A stretch of DNA of 64,000 nucleotides, taken from contig OX597837.1 of the NCBI GenBank assembly GCA_951406725.2, forward strand, positions 35,278,001-35,342,000. Direction: 5' to 3'. The translations under genes were made by a program, and so were the position numbers. Numbering within the stretch: the first letter of the stretch is position 1; every line of letters begins with the position of its first letter. The notes under the pieces were generated by a model. That model was not told the DNA's origin. It ran no database searches and saw only the letters and a program-made list of their open reading frames with translations. Source of the stretch: Octopus vulgaris. Taxonomy: Eukaryota. Positions 12,851-25,661 of the stretch are shown here, piece by piece.

Positions 12851-13462
12851 ACATACAGGAATTGTATACCGAACATAATGCAAAAGTTATTCCCAACTTT
12901 TTTCTATTAACTGACATATGATAGTTTGTTCAAATTATACCTGTTGGGCTTCTTTTCAGTTTCCATCTATCGAATCCACTCACAAGGCTTTAGTTGCCCC
13001 AGGGAAATAGTAGAACACATTCACCCAACGTACCACATTGTGGAACTGAACCCGAAGCCACATGACTGTGAAGGTAAACTTCTGAGCCACACAACCATGT
13101 TTCAGCTTATATACCCTCATCAGTAAAGGCGTGTGGCTACGTGGTCAGGGGTATCCAGGTCAAGGTCGTAAGGCCATGAGTTCAACATCTAGCAGTGCAC
13201 TGTGTCCTTGAGCAAGATACTTTATTTTCACACGGTGCCAGTTCACTCGGTTGGCAAAAACGCATTCTACCTGTGATTCAAAGGGGCCAGCCTTATCACA
13301 TTCAGTATGTCTTGCTAAATTTTACCTGAGAACTACATTAAGGGTACGTCCGTCTGTGGAGTACTCAGCCACTTGAACATTAATTTCAGTTTCATGAACA
13401 GGCCATTCCATTGATCAGATCAACTGGAACACCCATTGTCATAACTGATAGAGTACGAGTTA

Positions 13463-13531
13463 TATCATCTTCATCACTCTCATCATCATCATCATCATCA
13501 TTATCACCATCATCATCATCATCGTCATCGC

Positions 13532-13581
<50 letters not shown>

Positions 13582-13606
13582 CCATCATCATCGTCATCGT
13601 CATCGC

Positions 13607-13647
<41 letters not shown>

Positions 13648-13843
13648 CTATCATCATCATCATCATCATCGTCATCATCGTCATTATCATCATTATCATC
13701 ATCATCATCATTATCATCATCATCATCATTACCATCATTATCATCATCATCATCATTACCATCATTATCATCATCATCATCATCATCATTGTCATCACCA
13801 TCATCATTTAACATACATGTTCTGTGCTGGCATGGTTTGGTAC

Positions 13844-13880
<37 letters not shown>

Positions 13881-13897
13881 GTCATCATCATCATCAT
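13463..13897. repeat. (CAT)n microsatellite with a 90-nt-period duplication of a SINE tail (13801-13840/13891-13930)
   Basis: Direct reading. Confidence 0.9.
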
Positions 13898-14276
13898 TTA
13901 ACATACATGTTCTGTGCTGGTATGGTTTGGATGGTATGTGAGGATCTGATGTGTCCAAGGACTGTATTAAGCGCCAGTGGTCTGCCTTGGCATGATTTTT
14001 ATGGCTGGACGCCACTCCTAATGCCAACCACTTCACAGTGAGGACTCGGTACCTTTTCCATGCCTTCGGCACTAGTAAGGTCACCATGCAACTTGCAGAA
14101 GCTACTAACCCTGGTGGAGGTATCAGCATGATGCGAGGAGAAGTGGGGTTTGAACTATGAGAAAAGAGCACAATACCAGTTTTTGTAGGGGGTCAGCTAC
14201 TCATATCTATAGTCTCGGGCCAACCAGAGCCTTGTGAGTGGATTTGGTAGATGGAAACTGAACAAAGCCCATTGTA

Positions 14277-14310
<34 letters not shown>

Positions 14311-14410
14311 CCATATATATATATATATTGGTAAAAATGGTAAGGTAACAAAAGAAAGAAAGAGACCTCAATATTATGTAAATAGAGGAAATTTATCTGT
14401 AAATGTAATA

Positions 14411-14584
14411 TGTGACAATTATTCGGTAGCCAAGATAAAACTCTGAGTTTCGGATGCCGAGGTGGAAATCCACAACACCATCTCTTCGGTTATCTGGCCA
14501 GATAACCGAAGAGATGGTGTTGTGGATTTCCACCTCGGCATCCGAAACTCAGAGTTTTATCTTGGCTACTGAATAATTGTCACA
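14411..14584. repeat. Near-perfect palindrome (87-nt arms, no loop, 1 mismatch) carrying an HHR-like motif on each strand; inserted in the (TA)n of a family A SINE
   Basis: Centre TCTGG|CCAGA at 14497/14498. The plus arm reads AGATAA-CCGAAGA-GATG...CATC-C-GAAACTC(A)GAGTT-TTATCT. Confidence 0.85.
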
Positions 14585-14904
14585 CTATTTTACAGATATA
14601 TATATATGGCGCTGTGTGTGTGTATATGTTTGTGCGTTGTGTTTGTCCCCCCACCATCGTTTGACATCCGATGCTGGTGTGTCTATGTCCCCGTAATCTA
14701 GTGGTCCAGCAAAAAGAGACCAATAGAATAAATACTAGGCTCACAAAGAAATTAAGTCCTGGGGTCAATTTCTTTGCATTACCTGATCCAGGAATCAAAA
14801 CCGCAGTCTTACAATCATGAGTCGTCCAACACCCCAACCACTACGCCACATGTCTCATACATTTATATATATGCGTGTGTGTATATATGTGTATATATAT
14901 ATAT

Positions 14905-14957
<53 letters not shown>

Positions 14958-15293
14958 TACACACATTGCACGCATAGAAACATATCTTTTATTGATTCAT
15001 AATATACAAGCTCAGCTCTCCGTTTATAGGTCAACTTTATCTTGTTTTCTTTTTTTCTATTTTTTCTTGTTTTGTTTCTGTCCAATGCCTTTTTTCATTT
15101 TTCATTCCCTTCCAATATTCAGCCACCAGAATGTGTGACACCAACCTTCCACATGTTGATCACATCAAAGTCCTTGAATTAAGTTTTGATTTGAGTCGTC
15201 GTTGTCAGCATCATCATCATCACCATGACGATGATGATGCTAATTATCATCATCATCATTCTTCTTTACATCATCCTCACCACCACCACCACC

Positions 15294-15325
<32 letters not shown>

Positions 15326-15614
15326 TATTATTGATGGTAGTGAGGTGGCAGAATCGTTAGTGTACCATACCCAAAACCTAAAGGCAGACATTTCGTCCGT
15401 CTTTACAATTTAAATTCTGCCAAGGTCATCTTTGCCTTTCATCCTTTCAGGGTCAATAAGTTAAGTACCAGCGGAGTACTGGGGGTCAATGTAATCGACT
15501 TAGCCCCTCCCCAAAATTTCAGTCCTTGTGCCTTTAGTAGAAAGACTGATCATCATCATCATCATCATCATCATCACTATCATCATCATCATCATCGTCG
15601 TCATCATCGTCATT

Positions 15615-15686
<72 letters not shown>

Positions 15687-16224
15687 GTCGTTGTCGTCAT
15701 CATCATCATCATCCTGATTATTATTAAGGCAGTAAGCCCTGCTTTGAGCATGTGCTTCTGAGTGGAGTAAGAAAGGGAGCAAGCACTTGCCTATGTGGTC
15801 AGGGAAACCGTGATTTTCTGTGGGGTTTGCACGCTTTTTCCCTTGGAAGTCTCCCGTCCCCTATTTGGGAATTTTAATTGTTTAATTTTATTATTCATTT
15901 TTGTTATTGCTTTATTATATGTTTACACGGTAAACCCCTCCGTTTGTGCCTTTGTATTTGCATCCCTTGTATGTTCTATGTCGGCCCCTGTGACCAACAG
16001 AGAAAACATTATTAAGGCTGTATGCTGGCAGAACCATTAGCACCAACCCCAGACAAAATGTTTAGTAGCCATGTGCTTGTCTTCATATTTTGAGTTCAAA
16101 TTCAGCCAAGGTCGACTTTGCCTTTCGTCCTTTGGTCAATGTTGGGATATAGTAGAAGACACTTGCCCAAGGTGCCATGCAATGGGACTGAACCCAGAAC
16201 CATGTGATTGAGAAGCCAACTCCT

Positions 16225-17195
16225 TATTACTTTATTGCCCACAAAGGGCTAAACATAGAGGGGACAAACAGAGACAGACAAAGAGATTAAGTCGATTACA
16301 TCGACCCCAGTGTGTAACTGGTACTTAATTTATCGACCCCGAAAGGATGAAAGGCAAAGTTGACCTCGGCGGAATTTGAACTCAGAACGTAGCAGCAGAC
16401 GAAATACCACTAAGCATTTCGCCCAGCGTGCTAACAATTCTGCCAGCCCGCTGCCTTCACTTACTCCAAATCCTTACTACAACTCCTTACTACAGAGCCA
16501 CCCCTGTACTTCTGCACCTGTTTGGACAACATGTTTACACTATATATTAAGGCGGCGAGCTGGCAGAAACGTTAGCACACCGGGCAAAATGCTTTGAGGT
16601 ATTTCGTCCACCGCTGTGTTCTGAGTTCAAATTCCGCCAAGGTCGACTTTGCCTTTCATCCTTTCGGGGTCGATAAATTAAGTACCAGTTACGCACTGGG
16701 GTCGATGTAATCGACTTAATCCGTGTGTCTGTCCTTGTTTGTCCCCTCTGTGTTTAGCCCCTTGTGGGTAGTAAAGAAATAGGTATTTCGTCTGCCGCTA
16801 CGTTCAGAGTTCAAATTGTGCCAAGGTCGACTTTGCCTTTCATCCTTTCGGGGTCGATAAATTAAGTACCAGTTACGCACTGGGATCGATGTAATCGACT
16901 TAATCCATTTGTCTGTCCTTGTTTGTCTTCTCTGTGTTTAGCCCCTTGTGGGTAGTAAAGAAATAACTATATATTACTATTTCTCTACGACCCACAAGGG
17001 GCTAAACACAGAGGGGACAAACGGATTAAGTTAATTATATTGACCCCAGTGCGTAACTGGTACTTATTTAATCGACCCCGAAAGGATGAAAGGCAAAGTC
17101 GACCTCGGCAGAATTTGAACTCAGAACGCAGCGGCGGACGAAATACCACAAAGCATTTTGCCCGGCGTGCTAACGATTCTACCAGCTCGCCGCCT
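16225..17195. mobile_element. Cluster of SINE family B (GGCGGCGAGCTGGCAGAAACGTTAGCACGCC...): 16225-16458(-), 16550-16965(+, tandem-duplicated body), 16980-17195(-)
   Basis: tRNA-like head with GAGTTCAAATTCC B-box. Other copies at ~15335, 31733, 40060(-), 43628, 47630(-) and 52105. Confidence 0.85.
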
Positions 17196-17609
17196 TATAT
17201 ATTACATTGACTTGTATCTTGTATGTCAGAAAATACAGTATCGATATCGAGCATTTGACTGGAATTGAACCGATGATCCCTCGGTTTGAAAATCAAACAT
17301 TCTTTCTACACGGACCATGTTGTGATACAGCTGGTTTCAGATAAAATAGTCATGTCTTTGTGGGAATCCATAGTAACTAAGGAATACTCAGTCGGTGCTG
17401 GCCTCCCTTCCCATCTCCTTTCCTTCTTTCTTTCTTCCTTTCTCTCTCCTTCCCCCCTCTCTCTCTCACTCTTTGTCTTGCTGTGTTGGCGGTGGTCGAT
17501 TCCAAAGTATTAGAGGCCTAATAATGAGGAGCAAGCTGTTGGACATTCGTTAACAAACAAACCTTAACGAGCAACAGAAACAAACATGTGTGTGACTGTA
17601 GGTCCACAT

Positions 17610-17660
17610 GAGTGTGTGTGTGTGTGTGTGCATGTGTGTGTGTGTGTGAGTGTGTGTGTT

Positions 17661-17699
<39 letters not shown>

Positions 17700-17930
17700 T
17701 GTGTGAATGAGTGTCAATGGTTAGTTAATAACTGTGTCTATGTGTGTGTGTATTTGTGTGTGTATGTGTATTTGTGTGTGTGTGTGTGTGTGTGTATTTG
17801 TGTGTGTGTATGTGTATTTGTGTGTATTTGTGTGTGTATGTGTATTTGTATGTGTGTGTGTATATGTATTTGTGTGTGTGTATATGTATTTGTGTGTGTG
17901 TGAATATGTATTTGTGTGTGTGTGTGTGTA

Positions 17931-17965
<35 letters not shown>

Positions 17966-18110
17966 TTGTGTGTATGTGTGTATATGTATTTGTGTGTATG
18001 TGTATTTGTGTGTGTATGTGTATTTGTGCGTGTGTGTGTATATGTATTTGTGTGTGTGTATATGTATTTGTGTGTGTGTGTATGTGTATTTGTGTGTGTG
18101 TATGTATGTG
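17610..18110. repeat. (TG)n-derived compound repeat with recurring GTATTT
   Basis: Direct reading. Confidence 0.9.
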
Positions 18111-18234
18111 AGATGTTAGTGTTTATTTATAAGTGTGTGCACGGAGGTGGGTGGGCGTCTTTTTATGAGTGTGTGATTGTTGTTTGTTTATGTGTGTATG
18201 TGTGTGTCCGTTGATATGGGGAGGAATGTTCCTA

Positions 18235-18977
18235 ACACCAACACCACCACCACCGCCACCACTGCCACCACCACCACCACCACCACCACCGCCACCATCA
18301 CCACCATTATCTTCGACTAGTTATCACTACCACTACTACAACCACCACCACCACCATCACCACCACCAATGTCACCACTACCACCATTACTGCTACCCAC
18401 TCCCCATCATCACCACCACCACCACCACCACCACCATCGTTCCCACCACCACCTCCATGTCACTCCCCGCTATCACTGTCACCAAGACCACCATCACAAC
18501 AACAGCCACCACCACCACCACCACCACCACCACCACCGCCACTACCACCAATACTGTATCATCCTTCTCTTTTACTAACAAAATGAATTATTTAAAACGA
18601 GAGCAGAAAATACAACTGTATGACGACAGCAACGTCGACAATAACATCTGCCATAATCAAGGAGAACAACAACAACAACAACACAAACTTCGAGAACAGT
18701 TACCTCACCATAGATATCATCATCATCATCATCATCATCGTCATCGTCATCGTCGTCATCGTCATCATCATCATCATCATCATCATCGTCATCATCATCA
18801 TCATCATCATCATCATCGTCGTCGTCATCGTCATCGTCATCATCATCATCATAATCATCATCATCATCATCGTCATCGTCATCCTCATCATCATCATCCT
18901 CATCGTCATCATCATCATCATCATCATCATTGTCATCATCATCGTCATCGTCATCATCATCATCGTCATCGTCATCC

Positions 18978-19012
<35 letters not shown>

Positions 19013-19196
19013 GTCATCGTCATCGTCATCATCATCATCATCGTCATCATCATCATCATCATCATCGTCATCGTCATCGTCATCGTCATCATCATCGTCA
19101 TCGTCATCGCCATCATCATCATCATCATCGTCATCATCATCATCGTCATCATCATCATCATCATCATCATCCTCATCATCATCATCATCATCCTCC

Positions 19197-19257
<61 letters not shown>

Positions 19258-19490
19258 CCTCATCATCATCATCATCATCATCCTCATCATCATCATCATC
19301 ATCCTCCTCATCATCACCATCATCATCATCAGGTCTATAGACACTCTCATCATCAATAACAACAGCGGACACACCCACAAACACACAGAAACACACAGAA
19401 ACACACAGAAACACACACAAACACACAGAAACACCCACAAACACCCACAAACACCCACAAACACCCACAAACACCCACAAACACACACAC
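18235..19490. repeat. (CCA)n, ~600-nt (CAT/CGT)n and 10-nt ACACCCACAA tandem arrays
   Basis: Direct reading; source of the 300-400 aa homopolymer ORFs. Confidence 0.95.
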
Positions 19491-20726
19491 TCACACACAT
19501 CTGTGTAATACTAAAGTTTATTGTCTGGGTTTGTTTGTTTTTTTTTCTTTGTTTGTGTGTGTTGTGATTTGAGAAAATCATGTCCGTTGTCGGAATAAAA
19601 TGCTTCGACAAATATGGCAGGAGATATATTATAGCAACAGGTAAACAGATGCCAATATCCACAGAATGATAAAGAATGGTGAAATAGGAGCTGATGGGGG
19701 TACATAAACGGGGACATAAACACACCAACATCGGTTGTCAAGCAATGTTGGGGGGACAAACACAGACACACAAACATACACGCACATACATATATATACA
19801 TATATACGACGGGTTTCTTTCAGTTTCCGTCTACCAGATCCACTCACAAGGCCTTGGTCGGCCCGAGGCCATAGTAGAAGACACTTGGTGAAATAGGAGC
19901 TGATGGGGGTACATCATCGTCGTCGTCATCGTTATTTATTTATTTTTTTTTTTTACTTGTTTCAGTCATTTTGACTGCGGCCATGCTGGAGCACCGCCTT
20001 TAATCGAGCAGCTCGACTCCGCGACTTATTCTTTTGTAAGCCCAGTACTTATTCTAGCGGTCTCTTTTGCAGAACCGCTAAGTGACGGGGACGTAAACAC
20101 ACCAGCATCGGTTGTCAAGCAATGCTAGGGGGACAAACACAGACACACAAACATACACGCACATACATATATATACATATATACGACGGGCTTCTTTCAG
20201 TTTCCGTCTACCAGATCCACTCACAAGGCTTTGGTCGGCCCGAGGCTATAGTAGAAGACACTTGCCCAAGGTGCCACGCTGTGGGACTGAACCCGGAACC
20301 ATGTGGTTGGTAAACAAGCTACTTACCACACAGCCACTCCTGGCAGGGGATAATATAGCAACAGGTAAACAGATGCAATATCCACAGAATGCGAGGCACC
20401 TTGGGCAAGTGTCTTCTACTATAGCCTCGGGCCGACCAAAGCCTTGTGAGTGGATTTGGTAGATGGAAACTGAAAAGAAGCCCGTCATATAAATGTATGT
20501 GTGTGTGTGTGTGTGCGTGTTTGTGTGTCTGTGTTTGTCCCCCCAACATCGCTTGACAACCGATGCTGGTGTATTTACGTCCCAGTAACTTAGCAGTTTG
20601 GCAAAAGAGACTGATAGAATAAGTACTAGGCTTCCAAAGAATAAGTCCTGGGGTCAATTTGCTCGACTAAAGGCGGTGCTCCAGCATGGCCACAGTCAAA
20701 TGACTGAAACAAGTAAAAGCGTAAAA

Positions 20727-20960
20727 GAGGGTCAGCCAAAAATCACCCAACAGTAAATCAAAATTCCATAAATACTTAATATTCAATTTTATTCATTCAT
20801 TTGGGAAAACAGTGTCACCCAAGAAGGACTTCAGTTTGAACAATTTTTATGATGTTTCATATTTCGATGCTTTTATTAAATTTATTCAGTTGTTAAACAT
20901 AAATAAATTTTGGAATTAAATATTTTTGATTTACTGTCAGGTGACATTTGGCCAACCCTG
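20727..20960. mobile_element. Tc1/mariner-type MITE
   Basis: Imperfect TIRs GAGGGTCAGCCAAAAATCACCCAACAGTAAATCAAAA / TTTTGATTTACTGTCAGGTGACATTTGGCCAACCCTG|TA. Confidence 0.7.
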
Positions 20961-21304
20961 TATATACGTGTGTTGTCTTTGTGTCTATGTTTGTCCCCCA
21001 CCGCTGCCTGGCAACTGGTGTTGGTTTGTTTATGTCCCCATAACTTAGTGGTTCAGCAAAAGAAACCAATGAAATAAGTACCAGGCTTTGATAATTCATT
21101 AGTCAATTCATTTGACGAAAAATTCTTCAAGGTGGCGCCCCAGCCTGGCCGCAATCTAATGACTGAAACAAGTAAAATGTGAAAGGTAACAGTCGCCACA
21201 TAGAACACAAAATCATAGCTCTTGAAGGGTGAGGAAGGCATTCCACCCTGGGTGAGACTTTTGTGGAGGCGGCATGTTTGGGTTGGCTGAATAAGCCTGT
21301 AGTG

Positions 21305-21914
21305 CAGGGGTTTTCAACCGGGGTCCATATATACCCTGAGAGTCCATGTAAGACTTTTGGGGATCCCTGCAACAAAACAGTAAATTGGGGTCCCACAATA
21401 GTATTCTAAGGGCTCCTGAAAAACCCTTTGCTTTAGATGTATGTATTGGTATGTATTGCACGAAACAGCTGGGTTTCTTTCTCTAACATTTTACAGAGTT
21501 CAACCTAGACAAGGGAATGTGTGGAAAACAAAAAAGGATTTTGAAAGAAGTTTCTATAAGACTATTTTTTAAACATCGAATGACTACAGGTGTCTACAAG
21601 AATAAAATAGTAATCAAAGTGGTCCATAGATAGATAATAGATGAGAATCCCTGCTTAAGATGTATGTATTGGTATGTATTGCAAAGACACAACTGGGTTC
21701 CGTTCTCTAATGTTTTACATAGTTCAACCTACACAAGGGAATTTGCGGAAAACAAAAAGGGATTTCGAAAGAAGTATCTACAAAACTAGTTTTTAAACAT
21801 CGAATGGCTATGGGGGCCCACCAGAATAGAATAGTAGTCGAAGGGATCCACCAGAATAAGACAGTAATCAAAAGGGTCCAAAGATAATTTTTAAAAAATG
21901 GTTGAGAACCCCTG
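21305..21914. mobile_element. hAT (Charlie-like) MITE with tandem duplication of its 3' half
   Basis: TIRs CAGGGGTTTTCAACC / GGTTGAGAACCCCTG; earlier degenerate end at ~21640-21653; ~21431-21653 is repeated from 21654. Confidence 0.75.
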
Positions 21915-22169
21915 TTTTAGAGGCTTGGAGGAAAATTCAACCGCTGCCTTGATCGGCATCCTTTCTAGCTATGCCATTGATGGAACAGTTGGGTATCAGG
22001 ACAAACATGCAAGCATGTAAATGCTCCATAGATTTCTTCCCCTTCTTGGAATAGCTCATATTCTTAGAAAGGTTTGTCCTGTCTGAGAGCTTTTGCTAAG
22101 GGCTTGGCAGTGAACATGAAGAAAAAAAACAATAAAAAAGAGAAAATCCATTCTTTAGTGTGCAAATGA

Positions 22170-22291
<122 letters not shown>

Positions 22292-22649
22292 CAGCAGCAG
22301 CAGTAGCAGCATTAGGCAATGGTGTTGGTGATGGCATCAGTGGTGGTGGTGGTGGTACTAGTAGTTTTGGTATGAATTGTAGCAACAGCTGCAGCGGCAG
22401 CAGCGGCAGCAGCAGCAACAGCAGCCGTTCGAGAATTTGGACCTGGAGATCTCCATTTCCAGTGACTTCGAGGGGCCACCTCCCAGTAGTGTTGGGCATC
22501 AAAGAAGAGCCCTCGACTACAACAAAACGACCAAAGTTTTTTTTTTTTTCCATGGTCTGGGATCTCCCGCCCCTAAGCCCTAGACCATCACCTAATCACC
22601 CTTACCCGTCTTGTTGCTTAACAACAACAGCAGCAGTAACAGCAGCAGC

Positions 22650-22718
<69 letters not shown>

Positions 22719-23037
22719 TGTAGTCGTGATTTAAAACAAAGAAGCTAAAGATTAAACATACTGTTCTACCCACATACCACATACCCTAACCCCACCTCCA
22801 CTTCCTACACACACACACACATGCATACACACACAAACAAACGTGTGTACACACACACACACATGCTCACACACACAGACACACGTGTCATTGGCTCCGT
22901 GACTGTGCTCTTCTTACCATTTCTTATTGCCCATAGCAACTTGACACCAATATCATTGAACAAGTTGTTTTAATTGGAGGGGGAGAGGAGGAAGTTTATA
23001 ACTAAATGCACACACATATAACCATACATATAGTTGC

Positions 23038-23091
<54 letters not shown>

Positions 23092-23289
23092 TTTTATTTG
23101 TTTCAGTCATTTGACTGCAGCCATGCTGGAGCACTGCCTTTAATCGATTAACTCGACCCTGGGATTTATTCTTTGTAAGCCCGGTACTTATTCTATTGGT
23201 CTCTTTTGCCGAACCGCTAAGTAACGGGGACGTAAACACACCAGCATCGGTTGTCAAGCAATGCTAGGGAGACAAACACAGACACACAA

Positions 23290-23328
<39 letters not shown>

Positions 23329-23607
23329 TACGACAGGCTTCTTTCAGTTTCCGTCTACCAAATCCACTCACAAGGCATTGGTCAGCCCGAGGCTATAGTA
23401 GAAGACACTTGCCCAAGATCCCACACAGTGGGACTGAACCCACAACCATGTGGTTGGTAAGCAAGCTACTTACCACACAGCCACTCCTGCGCCTATAGTT
23501 GCATATATATATATAAAGTTAATCCAAACAAGAAAGCACAAAAAAACACAACAACGCGAGGATGTGGAACAAATACAGTATTATTGGACGCTCAGGAAAG
23601 AAGGGGG

Positions 23608-23642
23608 GTTTAACGTTTCGAGCGGAGCTCTTCATCGGAAAC
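23608..23642 (-). ncRNA. Minimal type I hammerhead-like motif (U4C variant) in a ~200-nt element between (TA)n tracts (23517-23716)
   Basis: GTTT-CCGATGA-A-GAGC(TCC)GCTC-GAAAC-GTT-AAAC. Confidence 0.6.
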
Positions 23643-23928
23643 ATAGGAGAAGGAAAGATCCAGAGAAGGGAAGACAGAGGAAAAAACATCGCCAACAGTA
23701 CACACGCGGTCACATTTATATATATATATTCTTTTATTTGTTTCAGTCATTTGACTGCGGCCATGCTGGAGCACTGCCTTTAGTCGAACAAATCGCCCCC
23801 AGGACTTATTCTTTTTAAGCCTAGTACTTATTCTATCAGGTTCTTTTGCCGAACCACTAAGTTAAGGGGACGTAAACTCACCAACATCAATTGTCAAGCA
23901 TTGACGGGGGAACAAACATAGACACACA

Positions 23929-23978
<50 letters not shown>

Positions 23979-23984
23979 TATATA

Positions 23985-24815
23985 TTTGTTGTGCAAGATT
24001 TTTTATGTGAAGTCATGTGTTGAAACAGATATTGTTGTATTTAGGAATGGTCATTTTGCCAGTTTAGCCAATAAAAACACACGCACTATATATTTGGTGT
24101 TATTTTGCTTCAGTGTTATTTAGTTTTTACATTAATCTTAATCTTATTTCGGCCAGAGTTCTTTCGTCACACTCCTGTGACTGCATCAGTGGTCCTTTGT
24201 TTTCTTCTTTCTTATTTGTGTCTCTCCTTACTAACCGTCAGCCATTTTGTATTTCTATTGTGTCTTCATTTGCGCATGCTTATATCTCTATGTGCGTCTA
24301 TGTTTATTTAGTGTGTGTATGTGGGGGATGCCTGTAATATTTGTATCTTCTGTTTATAAACGTTCATGTAATTTGTTTTTGTTGTTGTTGTTTTTGTTTA
24401 TTCTTATTTTGTTCATGTGTTTACATCCACTTATTATTATTATCATTACGTATGCTTGTATGTATGTATGTATAACAACAATACTAGTAATAATAATAAT
24501 AATAAATAAAAAAATTAAAAAAACTTATATAGTTATTTATTTCTATTTGTTTATTTATCTGTGTATTTTATTTATTATGTTTTATGTTTTCGGTTTTCTT
24601 TATATTGTAACCAGTTTATTGGGATCCTCTACCGTCATATGTGGTGGTGTGTGCTAGTGTTCCATTCTAGTTTCCTATTCAGGCTAGGTTTATTTTCTAT
24701 TATGTGTGTAGCTTCTGTAATTTGTCTGATTGTTGCATCTGTTCTATGTGTGGACAATATTTTAATTTCTATGTTGTTGATTGATCCCCCGTGTTCCTGT
24801 TCGGCGTGGTGGTAT
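23985..24815 (-). mobile_element. Penelope-like retroelement 3' fragment: GIY-YIG C-terminus + 3' region with HHR-like motif (24151-24195)
   Basis: YHHAEQEHGGSINNIEIKILSTHRTDATIRQITEATHIIENKPSLNRKLEW...* (stop 24635-24637) fits the H....H...IL...R...EA..I....P.LN end of Penelope GIY-YIG endonucleases; abuts (TA)n. Confidence 0.75.
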
Positions 24816-25064
24816 TATTATTTATTTATTTTCTTTTATTTATTTACTTGTTTCAGACATTTGACAGCGGCCATGCTGGAGCACAGCCTTAAAAGGTTTT
24901 TTTTAGTTAAAGAAATCAACCCCGGGACTTATTCTTTGTAAGCCTAGTACTTTTTCTATCGGTGTCTTTTGCCAAACTGCTAAGTTACAGGGATGTAAGC
25001 ACACCAGCATCTGTTGTCAAGCAATGGCAGGAGGACAAATACGGACACAAAGACACACACATGC

Positions 25065-25129
<65 letters not shown>

Positions 25130-25259
25130 CAATGGGCTTCTTCCAAATCCACTCACAAGGCATTGGTTGACCCGACACTTGCCCAAGGCGCCACGCAGTG
25201 GGACTGAACCCAGAACCATGTGGTTGGGAAGCAAGCTTCTTACCACACAGCCTCAAACA

Positions 25260-25324
<65 letters not shown>

Positions 25325-25630
25325 TTACTGTCTGAAAAGAAGAAAGCCTATTGTTAACCATAATTATCAATTTTATCAAGGTTATTATCAGTTCATTATT
25401 TAGATCCTAATTAAAAACTAGTCTCCTCTCACTCCCACCCTTCACTTCCTCTTCCCCCGTGTCTCAGATCCCTTCTTCTGTCTCTACTCTACCCCCCACC
25501 CCACCCGACTCCCTAATAAATCTAATTGAATAAAAGACTTTTGTTGTTGTTGAAGTTGTTGATGTCACAATTGCAGTGGATTTCCTTAATGAACTTACGC
25601 TTGGGTTGTCTCATTACTGTTGTTGTCAAC

Positions 25631-25661
<31 letters not shown>

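Noticed and set aside
15720-16018. Insert flanked by ATTATTAAGGC direct repeats
   Set aside because: Possibly an L1/Tx1-like 3' end, but the repeat overlaps a microsatellite edge and the usual SINE B start, so the TSD is not reliable.
18169-19731. Long ORFs (307-396 aa) rich in His/Asp/Ile/Met/Ser
   Set aside because: They are translations of (CAT)n and (CCA)n microsatellites, open in most frames on both strands, with no protein-like complexity.
20112-20462. Recurrent short ORFs such as [29 protein letters not shown]
   Set aside because: Translations of SINE family A, not a gene family.
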